This document shows, in pieces, positions 35,819 to 49,097 of a stretch of 64,000 nucleotides of DNA; the stretch's first letter is position 1, and every line of letters begins with the position of its first letter. Below the pieces are notes generated by a model. It had not been told where the DNA came from. It did no database searches and was given only the letters and a program-made list of their open reading frames with translations. The translations under genes and the position numbers were made by a program. The stretch comes from Podarcis erhardii (taxonomy: Eukaryota), in assembly GCA_964252035.1 (NCBI GenBank), contig OZ176213.1, one strand, 5' to 3'.

Positions 35819-36116
35819 TATACCCCGCCCATCTGGCTGGGTTTCCACTTTCTTCCCGCCTCCTCGTTTCTTTCCAGGCTGCTTAAATGGAGGGGGCCAA
35901 ATTAAAGCCGAAGGGGAGCCCAGCAAGGATCTTCTCCAGAGGGTGGAGAGGCTGTACGAATCGGTTCAGCCTGAAAACCCGGAGCTGAATGGAGCCGTGC
36001 AGGCACTCTACAAGGAGTGGCTGGGTGGCCCTGCTTCAGGACAGACCCGAGACATCCTGCACACGGGGTATCACGCAGTGGAGAAGTCAAGCGCCACCTT
36101 GAATATCAAGTGGTGA
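28931..36116 (+). CDS. CIAO3: Cytosolic iron-sulfur assembly component 3 (NARFL/IOP1), 480 aa
   Basis: Exons 28931-29005,30355-30450,31054-31197,31768-31900,32620-32754,33383-33501,34163-34292,34726-34798,34965-35105,35499-35656,35878-36116 (1443 nt). Motifs: [50 protein letters not shown] and a C-terminal Trp. Confidence 0.97.
29236..29583 (-). mobile_element. Sauria SINE
   Basis: Full-length reverse-complement copy (ggtaaagggacccctgacc...ggattcgaac...tttaacccacagc). Confidence 0.85.
29867..30208 (+). mobile_element. Sauria SINE
   Basis: cgctgtgggttaaaccac...gttcgaatcccc...ggggtccctttacctttacc. Confidence 0.85.
33812..33935. mobile_element. Palindromic hairpin MITE
   Basis: 33-bp stem ccctccagatgttttggactacaactcctatca / tgatgggagttgtagtccaaaacatctggaggg with one mismatch. 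Degenerate copies near 2190, 4135, 8010, 8440, 14750, 27030, 37900, 46690, 57940 and 58700. Confidence 0.75.
35775..35817. repeat. (TAA)n microsatellite in CIAO3 intron 10
   Basis: ~14 units; probably the tail of a truncated L2. Confidence 0.9.
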
Positions 36117-36264
36117 AGAGGGCTGGGAGTGCTGTTGGCACAGGTGGTGTCACAATCATGCCTTCTTGATTTCCTTCCCCTCTCCAAAGTGGTTGCTGGA
36201 AGGACATAGACTGTTCATAGGTGGCAAAATATGTAGCGAATCCACCTTTAGTACCAAAGACTGG

Positions 36265-36270
36265 AATAAA
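36265..36270 (+). terminator. AATAAA of CIAO3
   Basis: Hexamer ~150 nt after the stop codon. Confidence 0.55.
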
Positions 36271-37749
36271 AATGATTACGGACAGAGGGTTTGGCTTTAA
36301 GGAGAGCTGTGTTCATCCGTATACCCTTGCCTTCCCTCCAGCTTCTGACAGCCATGACTGTTGGCCATCCTGGCAGCATCTGGAGTCCAATGATATCTGG
36401 GGGGCATGTTACATGTTGCTACCATAAACAATTGTCCTAGATCAAGATCTCTCTCTCCATAATCGACAATGCAAAGGAAAACACAATACTAACAGATGCT
36501 ACTTGAGTGATGGTCACAGGGGCCAGGCAGTCAGCCTCTTGCAGAGTTTCAGTTGGAAACAGCCCGTTTTGTGGCTTGCTGCAGGTTGGGGGCTCTTGGA
36601 TGTCTGCCCGAAAGGGGGCTGGAACACGTTCTTGGGGTTCAAAGTATGTACACCTGTCTTAGCTCAGAGTGTGTTTCCAGAGCTCTCTGTGCTTTTGGTC
36701 TCATTCCTGCCACTTGCCTACAATGAATTCCCTTAGTAACAAAAAAAAGCAGCTGTTATAAATCTACAGGATAAAGAGTTAAGAACTTCAGAAAGAGCCT
36801 CCTGGATCAGGCCAGTGTCTATACACTCCTACATCATCTTCTCAAGAGTCCCAAATCAATCTCTGCCCTACCTTTTTCATGCAGAGATTGGAAATTCATT
36901 CCCCATCCTGGACCGGGAGCAAAATGTCACCTACAACACTGAAGTGCGGTGTTTAAAAGAATTGTAGCCAGAAACCTGAAATGTTTCAGGCCTGCTTTAT
37001 TACTTCCTTATTCTCTGCACCCACAAAGCCAAGCTTTTTCTCCAGGAGCGATGGGATTACCTAAGGAGACTCTTTAAGAGGCAAGGGGGATCTAGAGGTA
37101 TAAATCACTTTCAGACTTTGAAAAGCTGATGTCACTTGATCAAGTTCACCAGTTTTGTTGAATTGATTAAATAGTTTTAATTGGATTTTGAATAAATGCA
37201 GTTAATTGTTACTGTTTTGAATTTTATTGTGTTATTATCTTCCTTGGTGGGTCATGCAAACTGCTAGTCTGAGCAACACTTTTTATAGGGTAGGGGGCAC
37301 TGGGACCAACGGTGGAGGTGGCCTGAAAAAGTTTGGGAACCATTGCGATAGACTGTGAAGAAGCAGTTTAAGGGTGCAGCTAAATTGGAAGCAGAAACTC
37401 CGTGATTAGGCCCTCATGGAGTTTCTCATTTAAAACTGAAAATCACAGGGATAAATTAACACTCATCCGGATCCAGTTCTGAAAGGTTCAGGATGCTGAA
37501 CTTACTTCATTGTTTCATTTGATGTCCACAAGTTCTAGTGCTATGGTAGAGGGGGAAATTGTGTTTGCTTCCTAACACTTGCAATCAGCCTGTCTTTGCT
37601 GGTGGCGAAAGTCTCGGCTCCAAGAATTAAGAGGCAGAACCACAGCTTAGCGCAAGAGATGTTTATTGTCAGAGCAGAACACCATTGTCAATATTTGGAA
37701 TAAAAGGCTCCCACACAACTTACACCTGAGGCAGCTGCACACCTCCACA

Positions 37750-37763
37750 CCACTAGATGGCAG
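37750..37763 (+). promoter_or_regulatory. CTCF-consensus motif
   Basis: CCACTAGATGGCAG is an exact match to the CCASYAGRKGGCRS core, between the convergent CIAO3 and HAGH 3' ends. Confidence 0.5.
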
Positions 37764-40038
37764 CATTCTTTTTAATGCTTCCTGGGCAAAGAAGAGCAAC
37801 ATGCCTACGTAGTTTCTCTTGCTGTGGCAGCGCCAATCAGCCACTCATGGCTGGTGGGCACACACAGTCACAGCAGTAGCTAAAGCAGACTGCTTGGTGC
37901 CTTCCAGATATTTTGGACCACAACTCCCATCAGTTGTCACCTGTGGTCCAAAACATATGGAGGGTACCAGACTGGGGAGCCACTATACAGTGGCTTTTAG
38001 AAAGGGGCAGGCAAGACCCCCTCACCTCTAAATTATCCCCAGTTCCATAGTTCCTGGTGTGTGTGTGTGGGGGGGGGGGAGAATACACTTTTTTCTTCCA
38101 CTGTTTTTTACAACATTCCTGGCTTCTTGGAATCTCAATACTGCACTGAGGGAGCCCCACTGCTTTCACGAGACCCCAATTCCATGGGTTCTGGGAGGGG
38201 TCTCAGAAGCTGCAACAGCTTTAAAATGAGTTGGCCTGTTACTGGTGACACCTCTTAACTCTGATCCTAGTAGTTCATCTCTTTTATAGCAATATATTAG
38301 TTTTCTGTATATACACATATGTCGGTATGTACACGAGTCAGCTGAATCAACAAGGAACACAGGGGGTGCGGTTTGAGGGGTGCTGGCAAGTGGGTTGTCC
38401 ATCTGGAGGGGTTTCTTGACCCAACGTGAGCCGTAAAAAGGTATACAGTGCTGTCAAAGGCGTTTTAACTGTCACTGGTTCTTCCTGCAAAGAACTCTGG
38501 GAGCTGTAGTACACTGTGTAGAAGTGTCCCCTGCTTCCTCAAACTAACTTCCAGTTCCCACAGTTTCTTGGCTGGGAGACACACCCATTAAAAAGGTCTG
38601 GGGATTTTGTGTTGTTTAAAGTGCAGTGTAGACACACTCAAAAGAAAACGATACCACTGTCAAAAAACACAGCTTTTAGAAAAGAGAGATGGGGGAGAGG
38701 GGGGTGGTCAGACCTTCTCTTGACTCTGTAATCTGTTGATCCTGGTTTTCATTAGAGTTGGATAGGGATGCCAGATTCAAAAGAACAATGCAGCCCAAAA
38801 AGATGTGTTCAGAATAGTTATTTGCCCCAATGACAATTTTCCGCCGTGCTCCATGCTGATGTTTTGCTGCTGCGCTGTCTGCACTGGTGGCTCAGCACAC
38901 AGCTAATCTTCAGCATGGACAACATGCACGTACCATGGCTGTTTCAAAAGCAGGGGCACAATATTGCTGTACTCTCAGCTGGCTAGCTAGAGGCATGTCC
39001 GCACAGGGGTTTCTCCATGGACACTCAAGCGTGCTCATTCAGCATCCCTTCTACATCTCATCTGCCCCAAGTGGCAGAACTGCGGCATTACAAGATGGAA
39101 GAGTCCACAAAACTGCAGCCAACACTACATTCCTCTCCCCCACCCAGATTTTCGGTTGTGCCCTAAGCTGTTCCCATGCTGACATGGCCTAGGATGGGGA
39201 ACCAGTGGCCCCCCCAGATGTTACTGGACTCCAAGCAGGGCCAACGACTCAGGATGATGGGGGAAGGGAAATGGATACTGTTATGCTGCCAATGTGGGGA
39301 TCCATACCACATTTTTAAACCATACCTTTTCCACTTTAACAGCCATGGCTTCCCCCAAATAATCTTGGGAACTATTGTTAGTTAAGGATGCTGTGAGGGG
39401 TCTCCTGATAACCCTGGGCAGCCTTAACCAACGACAGTTCCTAGGATTCTTTGAGGGAAGCCATGAGGGATAAGGGAGCTTTAAATGGATGCTGGGAATG
39501 TGAGTGAAATCAAGAAGGTTCGCTCCAAGCCTCACAAAGGCAGCTGGATTTTTCACAAAATGGGTTTTCAAAGCAACTGATGCATGGATAAAATTTAAAA
39601 AAACACACCAATTAGAAAAGATCCACTTTTCAATCTGAGGCAGAGGGTGCAAACATTTCCCCAGAAGTCAAAACAAGCGAGGGCAAAAAGTTGATCTGAA
39701 TTTTGTCCTGATAACCTATGAAACAACCAGGTCGCTCCTCTCCCAAGTTCCATGCACCCCTCAAAAAATAAAAATAAACTTACTGTTACACAGTGGTTCA
39801 AATCCAGGAATACAAGAAAAATTAAAATTTAAACATCTTTTAAATAGCTTATAGGACATTTCCTATAAGAGCAAAGTGCTTTGTTTACACCTCCTTTTAT
39901 GACAAAAACAAAAAAGATCCTTAGACATGAATTATTTTTAACATAACAGAGCAATGAGAAACTTCATCTTCCTTAACTAAATCAACTTTGGAAAAGGAAA
40001 AAAAAGGGGGGGTGGAGAGCAGGAAAGCGGCTGGGATT

Positions 40039-43000
40039 TCACTCTTTTGGCACTTTGAAGTTGTCCTTCTCTTTCCGGATGGCACCCATTGTCCGGATGG
40101 GGTCTCCTTCCCTGGCATGTTGCTGCACTGTCGGCTCCCTGCCAAAAGAAGGAAAATGTCGCATGTAGGTGACAGGAGATAACAGGCTATTTGGTTTGTT
40201 GAAAATGGAATATCTACGGCACCATCTGCTCCATTCATTTACAGAACTGTGATCCACTTTAAGCAGTCATGGCTTCAACGGTAGTTTGTTCAGGGTGCTG
40301 GGAACTGTAGCTCTGTGAGGAGTTTCCTAACAACTTTCCAATCCAATCACAGCTCAGTTGGAGGAGAGGCATGCTGGCTGACAGACAAGCCATGCTGCTC
40401 AACAAACAGCTGCTCCCAGGATTCTTTGGGGGAAGCCATGACTGTTTGAAGTGGCCCTTTAAATGTATGGTGTGAATATGGTCCAAGTTATTTTGTTCAG
40501 AGAATTCCACAAGCACCTCTACCTGGGAGTAAAAAATACAACGGGTATTGTACTCAGAAAGTTCTTCCACTGAAAGAAATGGACCTAAGTTAGCCATGTC
40601 CATTAATTTCAATGGTTCTACTCCGAGTATCCATACAGTTTTGGAAAACTAATATTACCTAGAGACTGTTGCATGTGATTATGGACATGCCCAGTGTTGC
40701 ATATGCACAACACTGTTGTAAGCCACAACCAGACAACAAGCACAATGAAGGAAGATGGAGGGTCCAGGACACTCATTCTGACTTTATGGATCCAACTACC
40801 ACCAGGTTGTGAAAAACTGCCTGTTTAGCTGGCTCATAAGAAGCAACTCAACACATGTATGTATGGCAAGCTTTTCTTTTGGCCTGGGGGCCGCATTGAC
40901 CCTTGGCTAACCACCTAAGGGCCACATGCGCACACACAGCCCCTCTGCAGCAGCTGGAGGAGCTTCCTGCCCTTCTGTGCCCCTCAAATGATCAAAGTGA
41001 TGACTGGGATGGGGCTGTTTTGCATACTCATTAAGGCGCTGGACTTCAACTCCCCCATCCCAGCGCTGTGCCTGCTTAAAAATAATGTATAATTTTCAAA
41101 AATAGACAAATATAGTTCTTAGATGCAGGACATCAGCAAATTAAGATTCTTGCTTTCAGAGAGACTGACCACTCCCATCTCATGAAACCAGTTCCACTCA
41201 AGCCATGGACCCACAGCCGCAGTTCCTCAGAATGCAGGATACCCTTCCCCACACCTTCTCCTTCCCAAAGCGTCATCCTCAAACACAAATTACCTGACTC
41301 TCATGAACGGGTTGTAGGTGAATTCTTCGCCAATGGTCGACGGGATGGTCGGCTCCCCACCATCGTATTTTGCCTAGGGGAATCATAAATTGCAGAGTTG
41401 GAAGGGATCCAAAGGTTTATCGAGTCCAACCCCACTGCAAGGAGACATCCAAAAGTGCTTTGGGATATGCCTACACCTACTGATCCTGAATGTTCAGTTT
41501 TCATCCACTAGAAATTTTGGAAACTACTCTATCTGTTCAAGATGCATTTGGATATTTAAGGTATCCAACCAAATGTTGCATGATGGTGCCTGAGATCAAA
41601 GAGCAGGTGTTCATAGAATCACAGAATTGCTAATGCTCTGCAATGCAGGAATCATAGCTAAAGAATTCCTGACAGATGGCTAATTAAGCTCTTTTTAAAA
41701 ACCTCCAGTGAAGGAGCATCACCACCTTCCAATATTCCTCCAAGTTTGGATACAACTGAATGTCATTTTGAACCAAGATGACAGACTCGAACCTTTTAAA
41801 ACTAGTTTTTACCTAAGTTTTTGATTATGATTCCTGAGGTCAATGTGCAGGTTTTTGTCTACATTTGGATACAACTGGACGCTATTTTGAATCAAGATGG
41901 TGAAATGCATTTTTCAAAAGTGTCGTCTTTAACATAGTGATTTCATCAAAATGATCTTTTGGTTTCTTGGGATTCCCAAGCTAGGCTGGGTACAAGGCTG
42001 CTGGTGAAAAATAGCATTAAACCCCTGACCCTTTTTCTAAGGGAGGTGAAAGAAATGGAAAAACAGCTCCCGCCTTCCAGAGATCTAGCCAATGACAGCA
42101 AAGGCACTCTGGCAGCCGTCACTTTTGGAAAAAACAGTATTCCATTTGACAAAGGCTCTGTTGACATTAGAACTTGCATTGTTTGCTCAATGTTCAGTTA
42201 CCTGCCATGCCCACCCACCTATAATGAGTCATTAGCCCTCACCCTTTCAACCCCTGCAAAACCCACCCCTGCCCATTTTGGCTACAGGCCTGGACTAGCA
42301 CTGCCAGAGTAAAGGAATCAAACTGGAACTGCCTGTCCCAATGGCATGGGGTGCGGAAGGGAACAGAGGCTGCCCACTGACTGCTCTCCTCTCCAGGAAT
42401 GAGAAGCCCATCTTGCCTTTGCCCAGGAGAGTTTCCGCTGGATCGCGCTGTTGTTGGGCTCAACATGCCGGGCAAACTTTAAGTTGTTGATGGTGTATTC
42501 GTGACCACAGTAGACTTTCTGGAAAGGAAGGAAGAAGAGGAAGGCAGTTAAAAGTCAATGATGGCCTTGAGGAAGGGCAGTAGCTCAGTGGTAGAGCATC
42601 TGCTTTGCAGGCAGAAGGTCCCCAGTTCAATCCTCAATAGGACTGGGAAAGTAGAAGGACTCAGTAGAATGCAGCTTCCTATTTAAAGCAGCCATTTGTT
42701 CAGAGCCATGGGGGCTGGAACTTTTCTGTATTTTTAGGGAAAGGAACAAGGCTCAGGGGTACAGCTTTGCGTGCAGAAGGTCTCAGGCTCAAACCCCAAT
42801 ATCTCCAGGTAGGGTTGGGAATGTCCCCAGCCTGAAATCCTGGAGGGCTGGAGTACTGTGTCAACAGTACTGAGCTGTATGGACCACAGATTCTGTCTCA
42901 GTGTAAGGCAGCTTCCCACACCCCTAAGTTGCAAGGCAACTGCTTTTTGTGCCTAATTCTGAGTTTTTCAGCAGACCATCATGCTGAAGGAAGAAGCAGT

Positions 43001-46000
43001 CAGCATATGATCCTGGTCAGGCACCTTGCTGCTTTGCTTGATGCTCACATAACTTTACTCTCAACTCTGTCCCTTTGCCAGCCAGTCGATGGAGGGGAGC
43101 CCACCCATTTTTCCTCTGGTGCCAAGCCACTTCCTTTGTTCCCTTAATGGTCTATTACCCAGGCTATCAGGAAGTTAGCCTGGCTATTCCAGGAATTAGA
43201 GGGGTCTCGGCATGCAGCCCACTCCCCCCCCATCTCACAACAATATATACCTGATGGCTCTGAGGTGAGCAGAGGGATTAAAACCTCTCTGGCCAGCCCA
43301 GTGCCCCAATGGGGAGGCAATTCATACTTTTCCATTGCTTTGCCTAACATGAGGGCCAGGTCTGTCTTTTAACCGTTCCCTGGGAAAAGGTTATTTTGCT
43401 TCCTGGTTTGACACTGCAAGAGCTGGGTGGGGCTACTGGATGCTCTGTTTTTTATATCTGTTTCATTTGGACGTAACTAACCCTTCTTTTGGCCTCAGGG
43501 CTGCATTCATGCTTGGCTAACTCTTGGGGTGGCACATGCCAGTGGTGGGTGTGATCACCTCACACACTCTCTTGCACAATCTCTCTCTCTCTCACACCAG
43601 CTGACCTGCACAGATCAGCTGAGAAATGGGGTATCACCTCTGCCCCTGTGCATCATATCATCAATCTGATGACCAGGGAGAGAAAGGGCATCGTCTGTAT
43701 CAGGGTGCTGGGCTCCCAACCTCAGCTCTGTGCCTTATTTTTGCCAACACCACCAGAATCTGTGGGATATTTTTTGGAGGGGAATGGGAAAATGTGCTTG
43801 TTGCCGGTCAGACCACAAAATGGGGGGTTAGCCAACCCTGGCTTATCTGCTGTTGCTTCCCTCAAAAAGTTTTGGGAGCTGTAGACTGGCCTGGCTGGCA
43901 AGAGTCCTCCAAGAGCGAACACAGTTACCAAAGTTAATTGTCTTTAGTATGGAACAGACACACCCGACCCAAACAGGGAGCCTTTGCGTGGTACCGTTTC
44001 TGGAGGGAGTCGCCCCAAGATCTCAATAAGGGCTCTGTACATTTCCTCGGGGGTTCCTTCAAAGAACTTCCCGCAGCCTGCAACAAACAGTGTGTCACCT
44101 AGAGAAGGGAGAGAGAGAGGAGAATGAACATACTTTAATGGTCTCATTAAAGAACCAGGAATTGGGAGCACCATGGTGGAAAAGGGTAAACCAGGAAGGA
44201 GATTCTGCTGAGGCAGAGGTGAGTAGCTTCAACACTAGGGACTAGAAGCTTACAGTGAGTGACAAAGAATCAGCATAATGACTTGAGCCACAGCTGAGTG
44301 ACCAGCAGACCCAGAACTGTGTGCAGTCTCTAAATGCTATTGAATGTGGCCCTCCATTGCTTTGTGAGGTTGCTCTCTGTTCTTCCATCCTGCAAGCGTT
44401 CATCCCCTCCCTGTTCCATTTCCTCCTAAGTTTTCATGGCATATTACTGGATTAAAATAAAATGGATTTTTTTTTACGGTGCTCCTGCAAGTTTCTTAGA
44501 TTTCCAAATGTGCCCCAAAATATGAGGACCCATGAGACCAATCTTCCTGGAGAATGGGATCTTAAACTCTAAAGGTGGGGTAGCAAAGTGAAGGAGCACT
44601 CACTATAGAGCACCCACATTTAGAAGGTTGGGGGGACGGACAGATCCGTTCAGGGTGACACTTGCACACTGGAAAAAGGGGTGTGAAGTGAGAAAATGTG
44701 TCAAGATGCAGAAGGCAGTCCTTGGATTCGGGAAGCAAAGTGGCAGATCACATGCTTTGACCAACACCTAACCAGCTGAACGTGTTTGGTCACACCCAGA
44801 TGAAGGCAGTGGGGTGGCCAACACCCAACCAGACAAACGCATTGGGTGAAGCTATATTAAGACATCAGGAGGGCAGAGAGAACATCTTCACATAAGAGCA
44901 TGGGAAGAGTCAACTCGATCAGAACAGCGGCCCATCGACTCTAGCATCTTGTTCTCTAACACAGTGGCCAGCCAGATACCTGCAGGAAACCTGCCAGCAG
45001 GATCAAAGTGCAATAGTACTCTGTCCACCTGCAATTCACAGCAGCTGGTATTCAGGGACATACTGCCTGCAGGCATGGAAGCAGAGCACAGCCATTGTGG
45101 CAAGGAGCCATTCATAGCTCCATCCTTCATGAATTTGCCCAATCCTCTTTCCAAGCCATCCAAGCTGGCTGCTACTGCTGCCTCTGGTGGGAGCAAGTTC
45201 CACGGCTTAACTCTGTGCTGCGTGAAGGATTTTTATTTCATTTGTCCTGAATCTTCCAACATTCAGCTTCATCACAAGTCCACAAATTCAAGTGTTATGA
45301 AAGAAGGGGAAAAGCTTTTCTCTATCCATTTCTTCTATGCCATACATAATCAGAGAAAAGGCGAGTGAAGAGGGACATGAATTTATAAAAGCCCCAAATG
45401 CTGTAACCTTCCCTCGTGGTCATTTTGACTACACTTATCTGAATATTTTCCAACTCTACAATATCATTTTAATAATATTTTCACGAAGGCAATCCCTGCA
45501 CTCTCTTTGGGCGGTGGGTTAGGTTACAAACCCCCTCCCCCCGTGTTGCTCAAGCTGCTGAGGTCAAGACAAAAGAAGTGCCCCCAAACCCTCACCTGTG
45601 AACACAGCAGGCGGCTCGGAGCTGTTTGGCTTGGTCACAAAATAGCAAATGTGTCCAGAAGTGTGGCAGGGAGTAGAGAGGCATTTCACGTTAAGAGAGC
45701 CAACCTAAAAAAAGGTGGAAAAGCTCAAGTCATTGAGGGGGAAAGCAATGGGGCATATAAACCACAATTGCCCTCCAAGGGCATGACCGCTCCGCACCAA
45801 CATGGCGAATCTCAGATTGGTAACACCCACAGGGGTGAAGAGAAGCAGAGGGGTGGGGATGAGGAGGAAAAACTGATGCAAGCCAATGACTATGGTCTAG
45901 TATTGTGTGTTTTGAGTAGTCATGACTTGCGCCCACTTCTCGGTTGCACAGAACTTTGTCAGGCAATATGGGAAGCTTGACTAATTCTCAGCTGTAAGAA

Positions 46001-49000
46001 GCACCCGTGACAGCTGTGCGGCCTTGGTTATTCCAGCAGGAGAAAGGGTCTGACAGTTTCAGCAACTCACCACATGCAGCGACTGGGGAAATCAGGCTTG
46101 CTTTGTCCACAGGGGGCAATGAACGCCTGTGTGGGCGGGCTATGAGATCACCCATTAAAGGCTGCATTAGATGTGATGTTACTCACACAAGTGGTCCTCC
46201 GCCAAGGTTTGCTTTTTCTTTAGTATTTAGCAGTTGCACCCCTTATGTCCTCCCCCCCCCCCGTAAATCCAGACCACAGTACAGTGGAGGAGGGTCTTGC
46301 CCTCGGGCCTCCACTGCAGTTTTGATCCACCTCCTTCCCCAGCTAATTAGCAAATTTAAAAAAGAAAGCAAGTAGGCAAGGATCAATCAGCTGGTTAACA
46401 TCACATCTAGTTTGACCTTCAGGATTGTCTTTAGCTGAGTTTTACTCAGACTAGACCCATTGAGATTAAGGGAGCTATGTTAGCCCATGTTCATTAACTT
46501 CAATGGGTCTACTCAGAGCAGGACTAGCATCAGATACAACTCTAAGCCCCCAGCTACCAAAAATGCTTGTGCAAGTAACCAGTATTTGGAGCCAGTGAGA
46601 TGTGTCCATTTCCCCCACTAGAGAGGTCTGTGATACTCCACAAAGCCTGCATCTGGGCTGGGGAACATGACATTGGACCCCAACTACCAGCAGCCCACAT
46701 GGCTGAAAGTGGGGAGTGATGGACGTTGGAGTCCAGCAAGGACTGGAGGGCAGCAGATTTCCCATCCCTGACCATTGCAAAAGTAGATCTAGTTCAAGTT
46801 ATCTCTCTATCTACCCTGTAAAGCACGGGAGGCTAACCTGTGTCCCTCCAGATATTGTTGTTGGACTCCAGTTCTAACCAGCCCCAGCTAGCATGGCCAA
46901 TGGTCAGGGACGATGAAGAGTCCAGCAACCTCTGGGTTAGCCGCCCGTGTGATGAAGGCCACCTTTGGGATAGTTGACATGGCAGCCTCTTAAGGATGAC
47001 AGGACCTCCTCGTTGCTTCTCCCAGATGCCCTAAACGGTCAACCACTGCTTTGAGAACACCTCCTGGGCAAAAGCTGCTGGGAGGCTGTGACATTAGTGC
47101 TTAGAGAAGGCCTTTGTTCACACCAAGTCTTTGTCAAGAGGCTGATGTGGCAACAGACTGTGTGTCTTCTCATTTGCACTGTGCACATCTGCTTGTTTTA
47201 TGGGCCAAAATCAGAGGGGTGGAAACTCTGTGGCACTTCTGGTGCATCACATGACTCCCATGGGAGGCACCTGGTGCCACAGGGTGTTTGCCCCCCGTCT
47301 TCAAACAGGCCAAATGGCCAGGGAGTCACCCTGCTTAAGGAGGAAGCTTCCCCCCCAAACCTCTCCTTCCTCGTGATAGCTCCATGCTTGTGGCAGGCGA
47401 AAAGGGCCATTCTGAGCCAGCACTGCAACTGTGCATGATGTGTTCCTGTGCTTAAGCAAAAAAGACAAACCACACAAAAAACAGGAATTTCAGGTCAGGA
47501 AGTCCATCTTCCACAAGCAGAGAGCTGCCACGTGCAAAGGACATTTGTGTGGGGAGGAAACGGTGACAAGAACGCAATTGCCATGCTCCAGGGCCTTCGT
47601 GCGCCTCAGTGCTCAAACGGAACACATGATTTCAGAGGATGTTTTGGGCAAACGTATTTCCCCCGTTTCTTTCTTTTTACCTGAAATGACATAAGATGAG
47701 AGACTTTCTGGGTCAAGGCTCCAACCCTGCTATCTCCCCCGTACACTTGTAACCCCGGCTCCATCTTTACAAGTTTCTCATTGCCACCAGCATGGTCCCT
47801 AGAAGGTCAAAATGGTCAGACTTTGGAGCAAAACACACAAGAGGCAGTCTCTTACAACGCGCATCAAGCAAATGGCCTGAATCCTGCTTTTCTTTAAAGT
47901 TAAGACATTGGTCCTTTTTTTTAAAAAAATGGAACTAATGGCCTCATCCTGTAGTCCAGGGGTGGCTACGGGGGTGGGGCAATGGTCCAAGGGCCTGCAT
48001 CCACCCATGGACAACCCTCTGGGGGGGGGGCTGCATGTAGGTGTGGCAAAAATAGGTGTGGGTACCACACTGGCGCACAGGACACAAACACTGTAATGTG
48101 TGTAGGGGCTGGCTCTATCACTGGGCTGAGTGTGGCAGCCAATTTGAGGTATCATAAAAGGACAGCAAATTCTTACTTTTTAATTTATCATTTGGTTGAA
48201 ATTAATCAACATAACTAATATAGGTCCATTAATTGCAATGGGGCTATTATTAGTAGAACTTACTTAGACAACAGTCACTGTATTTTTTATTCCCAGGTAA
48301 AGGTGCTTGTGGAATTTTCTGGACAAAATAACTAGGGCCGCATTCACTCTGTACATTTAAAGGACTATGACACCACTTTAAAAAGCCATGGCTTTGCCCA
48401 ATGAATTTTTAAGGGTGCTGAGAGTTGTTAGGGGGCCCCTATTCCCCTCACCAGGCTATCATTTCCAGAGTGGCTTAACAATTTCCCATAGCAAACTACC
48501 ACTCCCAGAATTCTTTGGGGGAAGCCATGACTGTTCAAAGTGGCATCATAAGTGCTTTAAATGTATGATATAAATGTGGCCTTGGTCAGACTTGGGTATT
48601 CTACACCTTGACTTGGAAGCAGGCTGTTGGGTGTTGCTGTTTCACCTCAGGCAGCAAAATGCCTTGGCCTGGCCTGGATAGTGAGCACCACAGTGACTTT
48701 ACAGCAAGGAGCTCATCCTGTTTCACACACGAGAGGCACACAAAGAAAAGAGGCTCAGGGGAAGAGATAAAGGGAGATGCGTCAAGGCAATTCGATTAAG
48801 AGGAGTCCTTCTTGACTTCAAAATACAATTATTAAGGCCATTGTGGTGTTAAAATTAAATGATGCCCCCTCATAGACCTTAAATTTGATTTCCAAACAAA
48901 ACTGAAGCTGGTTGAAATGCCATGGGAAGTACTGACTTTCAATGTTGTTGTTTAATTTTTTTGGGGGGGGGGTTAAAAAGGGTCTTGACTGGAAATGAAC

Positions 49001-49040
49001 AGGAATGAAACTGGTTGAAATTTGGAGTGGGCAGTGAGAT

Positions 49041-49097
<57 letters not shown>

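Noticed and set aside
36300-40000. A separate HAGHL gene or remnant between CIAO3 and HAGH
   Set aside because: No glyoxalase II motifs were found outside the nine HAGH exons.
44888-45368. Overlapping 102-aa and 139-aa ORFs in HAGH intron 5
   Set aside because: They largely overlap a CR1-like fragment, with no protein-like features or splice support.
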